Below, piece after piece: positions 27,301-35,974 of a stretch of DNA of 64,000 nt. The stretch covers positions 512,001-576,000 of the forward strand of contig CAVYRF010000001.1 of the NCBI GenBank assembly GCA_963770895.1, read 5' to 3'. The translations under genes and the position numbers were made by a program. Positions within the stretch are counted from its first letter, which is position 1. Each line of letters starts with the position of its first letter. This DNA comes from an uncultured Acidobacteriota bacterium. GTDB lineage: Bacteria; Acidobacteriota; Thermoanaerobaculia; Multivoradales; UBA5704. The notes under the pieces are model-generated. The model was not told the DNA's origin and searched no databases. It worked only from the letters and a program-made list of their open reading frames with translations.

Positions 27301-28238
27301 GCAACGGCGACCACGGCTTCACCTACTCGACCCCCGCGCTCTACACCGGATCGACCCACTCGATAACGGTAAACGCCGGCGGCTCGGCAACCACCATCGC
27401 CGGCACGCCCGCCACCATCACCTGCCCCAACGAAACGATCCTCACCCGCTTCTTCCCCGAAGGGATGCAGTCCGGCCCCACCTCCTCCTACTTCTCCTAC
27501 GATCACCTGGCCAGCGTCCGGGAGGTCACCACCGCCGGCGGCGCCGTGGTCAGCCGTTACGACTACGACGCGTACGGCCGCCTCACCGTCAACCAAGGCA
27601 CCCCGCCGCGCTTCGGCTACGCCGGCATGTACTACCACCAGCCCTCCGGCCTCGACCTGACCAGGTACCGCGCCTACGACCCCGACCTCGGCCGCTGGGA
27701 AAGCCGGGACCCCGCCGGCGAACAGGTGGATTCCAACCTCTACCGCTACGTAGAAAACGATCCCGCGGACCGGACTGATCCTCTGGGCCTGGGCTGGGTG
27801 ACCAACATGTCGTGCCAGAACATCGCCATCAAGGACGAGACCGGCAACAACCGAGTGACCGTCGTACCACCTGGGGGCGGTGCAGACGCAGACGGGGTCT
27901 ACAATGGAGTGCCAGGCCCGCAGCAGGGAGTCACCGGAAGCCAGTGCGGACCTTACTTCGGGGATGCCAATGGGGCCTCAGTTCTCAAGATCAACGATGC
28001 GAACGACATTGTTGTCTTCGGCGGCTGCTTCGGCATGCCCTTGTCCTGGTCGTCTATCGACCCTGCCAGCTATGCCGCATACCAACTATCTAAGATGTAT
28101 AGGGCGGAGCCCGACGGCTGGAAGCAAGCCCTGGGCTGGTATAAGGCACATAAAGACTGGAAAGTTCCCTACCAACTCTGGCCGCTGACCTGCAGTTGTC
28201 CTCCACCGCCGGTCGTCACGGCACCAGGTAAACCATGA
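24321..28238 (+). CDS. Secreted Ig-like repeat plus RHS core protein with C-terminal putative toxin domain
   Basis: Signal-like VLVVLVVLMGASQHRATA; Big_2-like repeats (V.V.P....L.PG..QQF.A.V); YDADGNL, YDHLASVRE, RYRAYDPDLGRWESRDP, NLYRYVENDPADRTDPLGL; lower-GC C-terminus. Confidence 0.9.
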   Translation: MSGLAHRWDPCDPASRSWCSRATVAGRVLVVLVVLMGASQHRATAQYTTIGNPVAQGGVAYLYYGTCSNKYYGATWSYTLSGPPGASISVMSSNDQFCWSAAFNAGYVAGNYVVALSQGGTSYGSVTITVSPVTITISGPTTFDENYVYTAALTATMNGMANAADGVMTWSITPVSDTTVTTSQQSPSMNFQALGDVHVGITAGTYEVFATSVKEPSVVGVLVITVLPPVVTVTPTSAAIGTGQTLTFYCTDSNVPPTITPSCTMETDDPGAVGWTSPGTTFSILHSAGAPGGTYHYWFDGAWGGQVVAMVTVVDIQVKPASIIVLPGTQRQFFSEVTGSGQAVQWSTTVPGATISSTGLLAVPTGTATGTHAVTVQTVGTPVAPATAVVTVANALPVTGVAVAPIRSVIDEGQQQPFSAVVLGQNAELYANPAVSWSVSGPVPVSIPADGLFTAPAADGVYTVTATSLADPTRSGSATVVVGEDLTVQPSAVSLAPGASQAFTAQVSGEANPTTAWSVLEGAAGGTISAAGVYTAPATAGLYHVVAMGATVDAQLQGMATVSVGSNPEVSVTITPAEVSLVPGGTQQFTASVAGVADTSVAWTASAGTIDATGFFTAPPTYGTVTITAQSHANPQVLTSATAEIAGSGPVTSFQYDADGNLLNDGTRTYEWDAANRLTAVNIGTQRSEFGYDVFGRRVLITEKTNGTVTSSHHFIWVGNQMLEETDATSAPAAGPLGLGNFDAVSCNTIVGWAWNSAQPNTPISVDFYNGSTKVASTLANAFRGDVRAAGGGNGDHGFSYPLPAAFKTGTAQSVTIMLDGTSTGLGTRSVSCPAASLAGAFGEADCTQLAGWGWDATEPSSPIGIDIYDGSTLLTTVLANAFRQDLVNAGIGNGDHGFFLPTPVSLKNGASHAITLKAAGTSIVLGGTRSLTCPAPAFSGHIDFVDCTQIAGWAWDANQPNAAIDVDIYDGTTLLATIPASNFRQDLLNAGIGNGDHGFTYSTPALYTGSTHSITVNAGGSATTIAGTPATITCPNETILTRFFPEGMQSGPTSSYFSYDHLASVREVTTAGGAVVSRYDYDAYGRLTVNQGTPPRFGYAGMYYHQPSGLDLTRYRAYDPDLGRWESRDPAGEQVDSNLYRYVENDPADRTDPLGLGWVTNMSCQNIAIKDETGNNRVTVVPPGGGADADGVYNGVPGPQQGVTGSQCGPYFGDANGASVLKINDANDIVVFGGCFGMPLSWSSIDPASYAAYQLSKMYRAEPDGWKQALGWYKAHKDWKVPYQLWPLTCSCPPPPVVTAPGKP
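26535..27430 (+). repeat. Three tandem ~95-aa GW(A/G)W repeats inserted in the RHS region
   Basis: Recurrent C..I.GWAWD..PN..I.VDIYDG.TLL.T..AN.FRQDL.NAGIGNGDHGF units. Confidence 0.8.
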
Positions 28239-28684
28239 TCCAAATCTTCGGCGCGTTTCTGCTCGCCACGAGCGTGGCTCTCGTCTGCGCCGGATTTGCT
28301 TTGCGCCACCTCTTGCACAGGAGGTGGTGGCGATGCAGCGCGTGGCTGGCCGCCTCCATGATCCCGCTGGTCATTTTTCATGTGGTGGCCAGCTCACCCT
28401 ACCTCAGCCGTATCGTGTTATACCGGTCGATCAACAGTACTGATTACGCCCCTGGATTCACCAAGAAGGGCTTCGATTCTATCGCTATTGGATCATCGCG
28501 TGCAGAGATCGATCGCGTGCTCGGGCCGCCGCTAAGTTCTGATTACTCAGGTGATGAACTATGGCTGTACTACTCCACGCATCACGACTGGGGTCCCAGT
28601 CGTAACTCTTGGCATAAATTCCTGGTTCTGGATGCCAAGACCATGACCCTGAAGAGAAAAATCGATGAATTCGACGTGCCATAG
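28235..28684 (+). CDS. Putative immunity protein 1 (2 TM plus SmpA/BamE-like domain)
   Basis: ATGA overlap with the RHS stop; lower GC; GFTKKGFDSIAIGSSRAEIDRVLGPPL. Confidence 0.7.
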   Translation: MIQIFGAFLLATSVALVCAGFALRHLLHRRWWRCSAWLAASMIPLVIFHVVASSPYLSRIVLYRSINSTDYAPGFTKKGFDSIAIGSSRAEIDRVLGPPLSSDYSGDELWLYYSTHHDWGPSRNSWHKFLVLDAKTMTLKRKIDEFDVP

Positions 28685-28813
28685 AGCATCCCTAAACCTG
28701 AAGGCGGACGCAGTTCCGGCTCGACGCCCGCCGGTTGTAGGTCCAAGAACGGCTGGACCATGGCCGGCCGGGGGTCCTTCCCTGCGCCATCGCGTGCGGC
28801 TATATTGATAGAC

Positions 28814-29263
28814 ATGAATGGCATGGTTGCTTTTTTCATCGCGTTACTGCTGGCCTTTATATGCTGTGTAGTAGCGTTCTTGCGCTATCTGCATGGGCGG
28901 GCAAGGAGAGATCTGGCCTGGCTGGCCGTTGCACCAATTCCGTTGGTGATCTTCTTTCTTATCGCCAGTTCGCCGTACCTATACCGGACTGTCTTCTTCT
29001 TTTCGAGAAACGATACCGAGTACTCGCGCGGATTCACTCAGAAAGGATTTGATTCCCTACCCCTGAGAGCTTCGCGCGCTCGGATCGATCGGGTTTTGGG
29101 GCCACCGCTCGTGGAAAGCGCCATGGCCGGGTACGACCCATGGCTGCATTTCTCACATCATCGCCCCGGGGGTTACAGCCGCAACTTCTGGCTGAAAGCC
29201 CTGATCCTGGACAAGGACACCATGACCCTGAAGAAGAAGGTCGACGAATTTGAAGTGCCATGA
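28814..29263 (+). CDS. Putative immunity protein 2 (paralog of 28235-28684)
   Basis: Shares ASSPYL, GFTQKGFDS, IDRVLGPPL, SRNxW.K, TMTLK.K.DEF.VP with the upstream gene. Confidence 0.72.
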   Translation: MNGMVAFFIALLLAFICCVVAFLRYLHGRARRDLAWLAVAPIPLVIFFLIASSPYLYRTVFFFSRNDTEYSRGFTQKGFDSLPLRASRARIDRVLGPPLVESAMAGYDPWLHFSHHRPGGYSRNFWLKALILDKDTMTLKKKVDEFEVP

Positions 29264-29284
29264 CTCCAGGGGCTGGAAGGCTCC

Positions 29285-29375
29285 AGCCGCGGTCACGGCA
29301 AGCGCGCCCGTATAAGCCGAAGGCGAAATCGGGGCGTGTGCGGCGGGAGTCCGAGAGGGCCGAAACCGTGAAGGG
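29285..29375 (+). other. Possible group II intron RNA fragment
   Basis: CACGGCAAGCGCGCCCGTATAAGCCGAAGGCGAAATCGGGGCGTGTGCGGCGGGAGTCCGAGAGGG resembles, from memory, a segment upstream of the RT ORF in some bacterial group II introns. No RT ORF or domain V seen. Confidence 0.3.
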
Positions 29376-29509
29376 AAAAATCCGGAGGCGCCGCCTTGGA
29401 TCTTCCCGCCGCAGGGCTGCCTAAGCTAAGGCTAAGGGGGGTGGAGGCGGGCGCCGGCGGCCGCTCGCCGCTGGCGCGTGGCGGCGAGCGGGCGGGGGCG
29501 AGGGCGGGG

Positions 29510-29863
29510 TCAGGCGGTGGGCTGGCCGGGGGTGGGCGGCGGTGGGCACCAGCCGCGGCGGCCGCGCATGCCGGTGCGGAAGGCTTCGCGCTGCTCGGGG
29601 GTCATCTGGTCCCAGCGGTCGAGCATCCTGATCTGCCAGCGATGGCGCCCGAAGCCGCCGGGGCCGCCGCGCAGGCTGCCCAGGAGCAGGCGGGCCAGGA
29701 CCAGCAGGCCGATGGCCTGGGCGAAGGTGAGGGCCTTCCAGCCGAAGAGGGCCGGCATCAGCCAGTTCCATAGGCCCATGACCACGAAGCCGAAGAGGGT
29801 CACGGCCGCGGCGGCGGCGACCAGGAACATCAGAAACCTTTTCACGAACCTTGCGACTCGCAT
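29510..29863 (-). CDS. Small membrane protein co-transcribed with the ECF sigma factor
   Basis: VVMGLWNWLMPALFG..LTFAQAIGLLVLARLL..WDQMTPEQREAF; GAGGAG RBS. Confidence 0.8.
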   Translation of the reverse strand: MRVARFVKRFLMFLVAAAAAVTLFGFVVMGLWNWLMPALFGWKALTFAQAIGLLVLARLLLGSLRGGPGGFGRHRWQIRMLDRWDQMTPEQREAFRTGMRGRRGWCPPPPTPGQPTA

Positions 29864-29876
29864 ATCGATACACTCC

Positions 29877-30476
29877 TCATGGATTGCCGAATTGGTCGTA
29901 GATGGCGCGCAGGCGGCGCCGCAGGTGCAGGACGGCGTAATGCTTGCGCGATAGCAGGGTGTTGACGCCGACGCCGGTCGCGGCGCTGATCTCCTTCCAG
30001 CTGCGGCCTTCGATCTGGTGGGCGACGAAGGCTTCGCGCTGCTCCCGCGGCAGCTCCTGGAGCGCCGCTTCCAGCTCTTCGAGGAGCACGCCGCGGGCGA
30101 ATTGCTCTTCGGGGCCGGCCTGGGGCGACGGCAGCAGGTCGGCGAGCAGGAGGTCGCGATCTTGGGCGAGCGGGCCTGCCGGCTGCGCCGCCTGCAGCGG
30201 TGATTCGGGGCGCCGCTTGCGGAACAGGTCGGTGATGCGGTTGCGCGCCACCCGGAAGAGCCAGGCGCCGACCTGTTCAATCGGTTGCATCAGGCGATAG
30301 GCTTCGACCAGCTCGAAGAACACCTCTTGCAGGATGTCTTCGGCGTCGCGCTGGTCGACCACGCGGCGGCGGATGAAGCTGCGCAGGCGGCCGCCTTCAA
30401 GCCGTACCGCATCGGCAATGCGCTGGTCCTGCCGGTCCCGATCGCTCATCTGCGCAAGGCTCGCCGCGTGGGTCAT
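29877..30476 (-). CDS. ECF RNA polymerase sigma factor
   Basis: DAEDILQEVF, AWLFRVARNRITDLFRK, LPREQREAF, TLLSRKHYAV. Confidence 0.93.
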   Translation of the reverse strand: MTHAASLAQMSDRDRQDQRIADAVRLEGGRLRSFIRRRVVDQRDAEDILQEVFFELVEAYRLMQPIEQVGAWLFRVARNRITDLFRKRRPESPLQAAQPAGPLAQDRDLLLADLLPSPQAGPEEQFARGVLLEELEAALQELPREQREAFVAHQIEGRSWKEISAATGVGVNTLLSRKHYAVLHLRRRLRAIYDQFGNP

Positions 30477-30773
30477 CACTAAGGTAGACGGAAAACGCAG
30501 GGAAATATTGTACGAATGCGGTGAGGGGGCCGGACGCAGCGGTGGCGGTGGCCGCCGACCGCACCCAGGGGGGCACGATCGGCGGGTGCGGAGCTGCCGT
30601 CCGAGCTGGCCGGGAGGCGCGCGTGTCGCGTTGTCCAGGCTGGCCGGTGCGCGTGTGCCGCGCCGTGAACGCTAGCCGGGTGGGCGCGCGCCGCGCTGGG
30701 CGGTGTGCTGCTGCGCACGCCCCGCGCCCGCCAGGTGCTGGCCGGGGGCGGCGCTGGACGACCGGGGCCGGTC

Positions 30774-33545
30774 CTATCCGGTTCCGGCGACGCAGAGGTC
30801 GGCGAAGGTGGAGGACCACAGAGGGTAGGAGGCGCGGTGGGCGAAGCGGTCGCGGCCGAAGAGGAGCGACCGGGGGGGCGGGCTGCCGGCGCCGAGCGGC
30901 ACGGTGAGCAGCGCTCCGGGGCCCGCGCCGCCCTGGATCTGGGCGCTGACGGCGCCGTCGCCGGGGCGGTATTGCAGGCGCACCCGGTAGTGGCGGTCAG
31001 CGGCAGCGGGGAGCGGCGCCGTGCTCTGGCCGCCGGGGGTGACCAGGAGGGCACTCGCGCCGCCGCCGTTGTCGTCGCCGCCACCGCCACCACGCAAGGA
31101 GAGTCTTGCGACCAGGGAATCTCCGGCGCCCGCGATGGTGATCAGGTCGTAGGTGGCTCCGGACTCCAGGTCGTCGTCCGTGGGCAGATCGATATCGACG
31201 GCCAGATCCCAGCCCGTCGCGGCAGTTCCCGCGCTCCCGGCGCTCTCTGTGCCCCCGGTGGCCAACGCGCCTGCGGCAGCAAGGCCCGGCGCCGCGGGGA
31301 GCGAAACCAGGCGGCCGGCGTCGGCGCGCTCCGGCTGAAAGAAGGCGCCGGGCAGGAGGCGCATCAGGCCTCCCTGCGGCGCGCAGGCGGCGGCCTGGCG
31401 GCGCAGCTCGGCGGCTGCTGGATAGCCGGCGGCGGCCAGGGCGGCGAGCAGGCGCTGCGCGGCCGCCGGCTGGCCGGCCTGCCAGTTGGTGAACAGGGCC
31501 AGGTAGGTGTAGGCATCCGCCAGGGGCGGCCGGGCCAGCCGCTGCTGCCAGTCGCGCACCAGCGCGGCGCCGCCGGATGCCTGGGCGGCCAGCTGAGCGT
31601 CCAGCTCGTGGCGGGGGATGCTCCACGGCTCGGCCAGGCGCTCCCACAGGGCGCGCTCGGCGAAGTCGGGGTGCGGGCCGCGCGCCAGGCGCAGGTGGCA
31701 CCAGGCGGCCAGGACGAGCACGCCCAGGAGCAGACAGGTGAGGGCGGTCGCCGGGCGCAGCCGCGCCAGCAGCAGGCAGGTGCCGGCGATGGCCGCCGCC
31801 ATCAGGGCGAAGGTGATGGCGATGCCGACGCTGCGGCGCACCGCCGCGATGCCGGCAAATTCGCTCAGGCGGGGGAGCTGCCAGCCGGAGAGGATTGCCG
31901 CGTGGGCGGCGGCCGGGTCGCGGACCCCCAGGCTCTCCTCGGTGGCTTCCTGGGCGCCGGGAGAGGGCGTGCCCAGGAGCGCCAGCGACAGGTCGTGGAC
32001 CTGTTGTGTGTACAGGTGAACGGTGAAGACTCCCCAGGCGCAGAGCGCCGCCAGCAGGGCGGCGAGCAGGATGGTGGGGGCCCGCCGCCTGCGCGCCGCG
32101 ACCAGCGCCGCGAGGTTGGCCAGGCCCGGCGCCAGCAGCGGCACGCAGGAGGTCATGCGGCGGGCGCCGAAGGAGTGGCCGCCCCACCAGTCGTGCACCG
32201 CGGCGTTGACGTAGATCTCGGCGGCGAGCGCGATCAGCAGGACCCAGCGCCAGCGCGCCGGCAGCGGCGAGGCCCAGGGCAGCAGCAGACCCAGGACGCC
32301 CAGGGCGAAGACCGGCGACCAGGTGAGCAGACCGCAGTAGCCGGAAGTGAGAAAGTCCAGCAGGTGGGGCTGCAGCCAGCGCATGTAGTCGCCGCCCTGC
32401 GGGATGACCAGCCAGGCGCCGGTTTCGAGGTGCCAGACGTGGAGCTGCAGCGACACGACGGCCAGGCAGCCGGCGCCCGCCGCCGCCAGCAGCTTGACCA
32501 GCTGGAGCGGCCGCGCCGGCGCGCCACGCCCGCCCAGCAGGGGTGCCAGCGGCACCCACAGCAGCAGGCCGAAGACCGCGTCCTGCCAGCGCACCAGGGC
32601 GACCAGGCCCAGCGCCGCGCCGGCCAGCAGGGCGCGATGCGGCACCAGGCCCCGGTCCAGCCAGACCACGCTGGCGAGCAGCAGGCAGGCCGCCGCCGCG
32701 CTGGGCAGATGCGACATGGTGTACAGCGCCGGGCCGTAGGCGGCGAGCGGAGTGCAGGTGAGCAGCGCCGCGGTGCCCAGCAGGGCAAGCCCGCGGCCGG
32801 CGCCGGCGCGTTCCATGAACGCGAACAGGAACCACCCGGTGCCGGCCAGGAAGATGAGCGACAGCAGGTGCAGCGCGGCGATCTGCACCCGATCCCAGCG
32901 TGCCGCGACGTCTGCTTGCGCGCCCTCCGCCCGGCTGCGGTCCGCCCGGCCGCTGTCTGTCACCTGGCTGCCTGGCGCCTGGCTTCCCTCCGCCCGGCCG
33001 CCCTCCGGCTGGACACCCACCGGCAGGCCGCCATGCATCCCGCTGCCTTTGAGCTGGGTGCTTTCCGGCAGGTCGCCCTGCGCCTGGCCGCTGCCGCGCC
33101 AGGGCAGGCCGGCGGCGTAGGCGGGCAGCCAGAGCAGGGCCGGCCCGATGCTGAAGGTGTTCTTCAGGCTGCCGGAGGGCATGGTGGCGGTGAGAAAGGT
33201 GAGCAGTTCGCGCGGCGGCAGGTGCGTGGCCAGGGCGTCGTTGCGCAGGTCGATGTCGCCGTCCTCCACCAGCGAGGAGACCTGCAGAACGTAATAGGTG
33301 TCGTCCCAGCCGGTGCGTGTGCGCACCTCGCCGAAGAGCCAACCGATGGCGAAGACCAGCAGCGCCACCGCCAGTGCGCCGCGCCGCGCTCGCCGGCCGG
33401 CACCCCACATCGTCGCCGTGTTCGCCATCTCCGCGGTCCCCGGCACGGCTCTGGCGGCGGGTCCCGGGGCGCGTTGCGCCTCCGGCCCTGCGGGGGGACC
33501 GGAGGCGGAGGCCCGATCGGGCGACGTCGTGCCGGCTCCGTTCAT
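30774..33545 (-). CDS. Multi-pass membrane protein, GT-C glycosyltransferase-like
   Basis: GWDDTYY..SLVEDGDIDLRN, FSIGPALLWLP, MSHLPS, LVRWQD, WWGGHSFGARRM. Start uncertain. Confidence 0.7.
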   Translation of the reverse strand: MNGAGTTSPDRASASGPPAGPEAQRAPGPAARAVPGTAEMANTATMWGAGRRARRGALAVALLVFAIGWLFGEVRTRTGWDDTYYVLQVSSLVEDGDIDLRNDALATHLPPRELLTFLTATMPSGSLKNTFSIGPALLWLPAYAAGLPWRGSGQAQGDLPESTQLKGSGMHGGLPVGVQPEGGRAEGSQAPGSQVTDSGRADRSRAEGAQADVAARWDRVQIAALHLLSLIFLAGTGWFLFAFMERAGAGRGLALLGTAALLTCTPLAAYGPALYTMSHLPSAAAACLLLASVVWLDRGLVPHRALLAGAALGLVALVRWQDAVFGLLLWVPLAPLLGGRGAPARPLQLVKLLAAAGAGCLAVVSLQLHVWHLETGAWLVIPQGGDYMRWLQPHLLDFLTSGYCGLLTWSPVFALGVLGLLLPWASPLPARWRWVLLIALAAEIYVNAAVHDWWGGHSFGARRMTSCVPLLAPGLANLAALVAARRRRAPTILLAALLAALCAWGVFTVHLYTQQVHDLSLALLGTPSPGAQEATEESLGVRDPAAAHAAILSGWQLPRLSEFAGIAAVRRSVGIAITFALMAAAIAGTCLLLARLRPATALTCLLLGVLVLAAWCHLRLARGPHPDFAERALWERLAEPWSIPRHELDAQLAAQASGGAALVRDWQQRLARPPLADAYTYLALFTNWQAGQPAAAQRLLAALAAAGYPAAAELRRQAAACAPQGGLMRLLPGAFFQPERADAGRLVSLPAAPGLAAAGALATGGTESAGSAGTAATGWDLAVDIDLPTDDDLESGATYDLITIAGAGDSLVARLSLRGGGGGDDNGGGASALLVTPGGQSTAPLPAAADRHYRVRLQYRPGDGAVSAQIQGGAGPGALLTVPLGAGSPPPRSLLFGRDRFAHRASYPLWSSTFADLCVAGTG

Positions 33546-33644
33546 GGGGCGAGACTTTGGCGCATGGTCGATGAGAAGGAGGCGGCGGCGCACGCGGATC
33601 GCTGAGGATGCCTGTGGCTGCCCGCGGGGCCGGCGCGGACGCCG

Positions 33645-34652
33645 CTACTGCGGTGGCAGGAGGCCGCCGGAGATGCCATCGCCGGTCGCGTCGCCCGGCA
33701 GCGTGCCGCCGCCCGTGGCGCCGCCGCCGGTCCGCACGCCGGGCTTGCCGGCGGGGGGCGACCAGATCGACAGACCCGCCTGGGCGCGGCGGCGCAGGAA
33801 GGCGGCCGACCCGACCGGCGGCGTGCCGGCGCCCCTGGCCTGGGCGGACAGGTCGCGCGCGGTGCCGCGCTTGTCGATGCGCGCGCACGCGGGGCAGCGG
33901 AAGACTTCGTAGCGCACGTCGCCCACCAGCTGCTCGGTGCGCTCGGCCATGTCCAGCTCGGCGAACGCGGCTTCACGATCCAGCCGCAGCAGGGTCGCTC
34001 CGCAGTCCGGGCAGCGGCGCGGCCGCCGCCGCCAGAGCAGGCGCCCGACCAGCAGGGCGGCGGCCAGCACCGCCGGCAGCAACCACAGATACGACGACAC
34101 GCCGCCGTTCGCGGCTCGATTGGCCCGAGCGGCCGGAAAGGTGGGGCGCGGCAAGCCCGCCGCGGCTGCCCGGCCTGGCGTGGTTGGCGCCATGGGCGCC
34201 ATGGGCACCGTGGCCGCCGACGGCGATGCCGGCGTCGCGGTCGCGGCCGTCGGCGACGGGGTGGTCCCGGCGGGCGCGCCGGTGGTGGGCGCCGTCGCCG
34301 GCGGGCTGGTCTGGCCGGACTGGCTGGGTGGGTTGGGCACCAGGGTGACGCTGAACACCTGCGGCTGGTCGGCGTCGGCCTTGGCGCTACCGGCGGCGGT
34401 AGCTGCGGGAGTGGCCGCCGCCGCAGTGGTGGTGGCAGCCGCGGTGGTGGGCGCCGCGGCGGCGGCTGCAGCGGCGGTGACAGGCCGCGCCGCGATGGCG
34501 AGCAGCGCCGCCGCCCACAGCACGGCGGCAAAGAGGATCGGATGCCCGCTGGCCGGATGGCGACTGCTGCTGGCCGGGCAGTGAGAGAACGGACGGTGCC
34601 CGTTGCCGGGCGGGCGGCGAGTCCCGCTGGGCGGGCGACGGAAACCACTCAT
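33645..34652 (-). CDS. Hypothetical membrane protein with CxxC..CxxC zinc-ribbon and Gly-rich tail
   Basis: Ala/Pro/Thr linker, TM helix, RRCPDCGATL..YEVFRCPAC, terminal GGGATGGG. Start uncertain. Confidence 0.55.
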   Translation of the reverse strand: MSGFRRPPSGTRRPPGNGHRPFSHCPASSSRHPASGHPILFAAVLWAAALLAIAARPVTAAAAAAAAPTTAAATTTAAAATPAATAAGSAKADADQPQVFSVTLVPNPPSQSGQTSPPATAPTTGAPAGTTPSPTAATATPASPSAATVPMAPMAPTTPGRAAAAGLPRPTFPAARANRAANGGVSSYLWLLPAVLAAALLVGRLLWRRRPRRCPDCGATLLRLDREAAFAELDMAERTEQLVGDVRYEVFRCPACARIDKRGTARDLSAQARGAGTPPVGSAAFLRRRAQAGLSIWSPPAGKPGVRTGGGATGGGTLPGDATGDGISGGLLPPQ

Positions 34653-34680
34653 ACCGGCAGATCTTACGCCGGCCGCGGCC

Positions 34681-34760
34681 GCGATGGCCACGGCGCGGCT
34701 GCGGTGGCCACGGCGCGGCTGCGATGGCCACGGCGCGGCCGCGAAGGCCACGGCGCGGCC
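34681..34760. repeat. 20-bp tandem repeat x4 (GCGATGGCCACGGCGCGGCY)
   Basis: Four adjacent near-identical units, no spacers. Confidence 0.85.
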
Positions 34761-34808
34761 GGGGCGGCTGGTGTTGGCCCCACATCGGCTGCGGCGCTGG
34801 TTGCGGGC

Positions 34809-35849
34809 TCAGCAGTCGGGGCCGGGGGTGAACCAGACGGTGAGGCGCCCCTTGGCGTCCTTGAGCTCGACCCAGCCGATCGGATCGCGGGGGTCGTCCA
34901 GGCTGCGCAGGGCGCTGATCGAGAGGTAGTTGCCCTGGCGCTTGAGGGGCACGACGTCGGCGTCCAGGTGGTTGGCGCCGCCGGGCAGTGGCGAGAGGTA
35001 CGTGGCGGCGGCGCCCTTGTCGGGTTTTTCGAACAGCTTGCGCGGCCTGGCGCCGGTCAGGAAGAAGAGATCCAGCTGGTAGCACCGCCAGCTGTCGGCG
35101 TCGCCAAAGTCGAGCAGCACGACGCTGTTGGGAAAGTCGCCGTCGGGGGTGCGGCGCAGCCAGGCCTTGGCGTGGGCGGCGGGATCGAGCGCCACCTCCA
35201 CGTACATGCCCTTGCGGGCCAGCGCCGGATAGCGGCGCACCAACGCGCGGCTGCGATCGACGACCGCGTCGATGCCGATCTGGAAGCGGCTGATCGGATG
35301 GGTGCGGTCCAGCTGCAGGGCGGCGCCGGGGGTGAAGCGGTCGCCGTCCTGGTCGTAGGACTGCAGCGAGGCTTCCTTGCCGTCCGGCCCGATGCCCACC
35401 GAAAGAGTGGCGATGCCGATCATCGTGCGCAGCACCGGGTCGGAGATGTCCGCCGCCTTCACCTGGTAGGTCTCGTCGGCCGGCGTGCGGCCGCGCGGCG
35501 GTGCTGGTGGCGCCGGTTTGGCGGCCGCCGCCGTTGTCGGCGAGGTCGCCGTCGCCGGGGTCGCCGGCCGCGCCGCGCGGCCGCCGGCGCCGGCGCAGCC
35601 GCTCAAGCCCATCCCCGTTCCCAGGGCGGCGCCCAGGCCCAATCCAAGGCCCATTCGCAGGGTCCATCGGAACGCCCGCTGCGATGCCTGCGATGCCTGC
35701 GGTGCCTGCGGCGCGGGCGCCGACGGCGCCGCAGGTGGCAGTGCTGCCGCCACGGAAGGTGCTGGTATGGACAGTGCCGCCGCAGGCGACGAGCATGCGG
35801 CATCCGCGAGCAGTGAGATACGAGCAGTGTGGGAATCCCGTCGCTTCAT
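34809..35849 (-). CDS. Hypothetical protein, possible lipoprotein
   Basis: Hydrophobic GLGLGLGAALG followed by lipobox-like LSGC; globular C-terminal domain with typical codon usage. True start probably downstream of 35849. Confidence 0.55.
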   Translation of the reverse strand: MKRRDSHTARISLLADAACSSPAAALSIPAPSVAAALPPAAPSAPAPQAPQASQASQRAFRWTLRMGLGLGLGAALGTGMGLSGCAGAGGRAARPATPATATSPTTAAAAKPAPPAPPRGRTPADETYQVKAADISDPVLRTMIGIATLSVGIGPDGKEASLQSYDQDGDRFTPGAALQLDRTHPISRFQIGIDAVVDRSRALVRRYPALARKGMYVEVALDPAAHAKAWLRRTPDGDFPNSVVLLDFGDADSWRCYQLDLFFLTGARPRKLFEKPDKGAAATYLSPLPGGANHLDADVVPLKRQGNYLSISALRSLDDPRDPIGWVELKDAKGRLTVWFTPGPDC

Positions 35850-35974
35850 GGCGCCATTGTGCTCCGCGGCGGCGCCGGCCGCCAAGGGCCGGCCCCCGGC
35901 GGCGGGCGGCCAATTGGGCGGTGGGTCAGCCTCCTGGGTCAGGGGCGTGGGCTGGCGTCGTAGAATGAGGCGCG

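Noticed and set aside
27777-27791. Link between the RHS DPLG cleavage motif and the DP[NS]G peptide motif
   Set aside because: The RHS motif sits in its normal PxxxxDPxGL core context. The peptides lack any RHS core sequence, so the similarity is probably coincidental.
34681-34760. Possible CRISPR array
   Set aside because: Contiguous 20-bp units without spacers; no cas genes.
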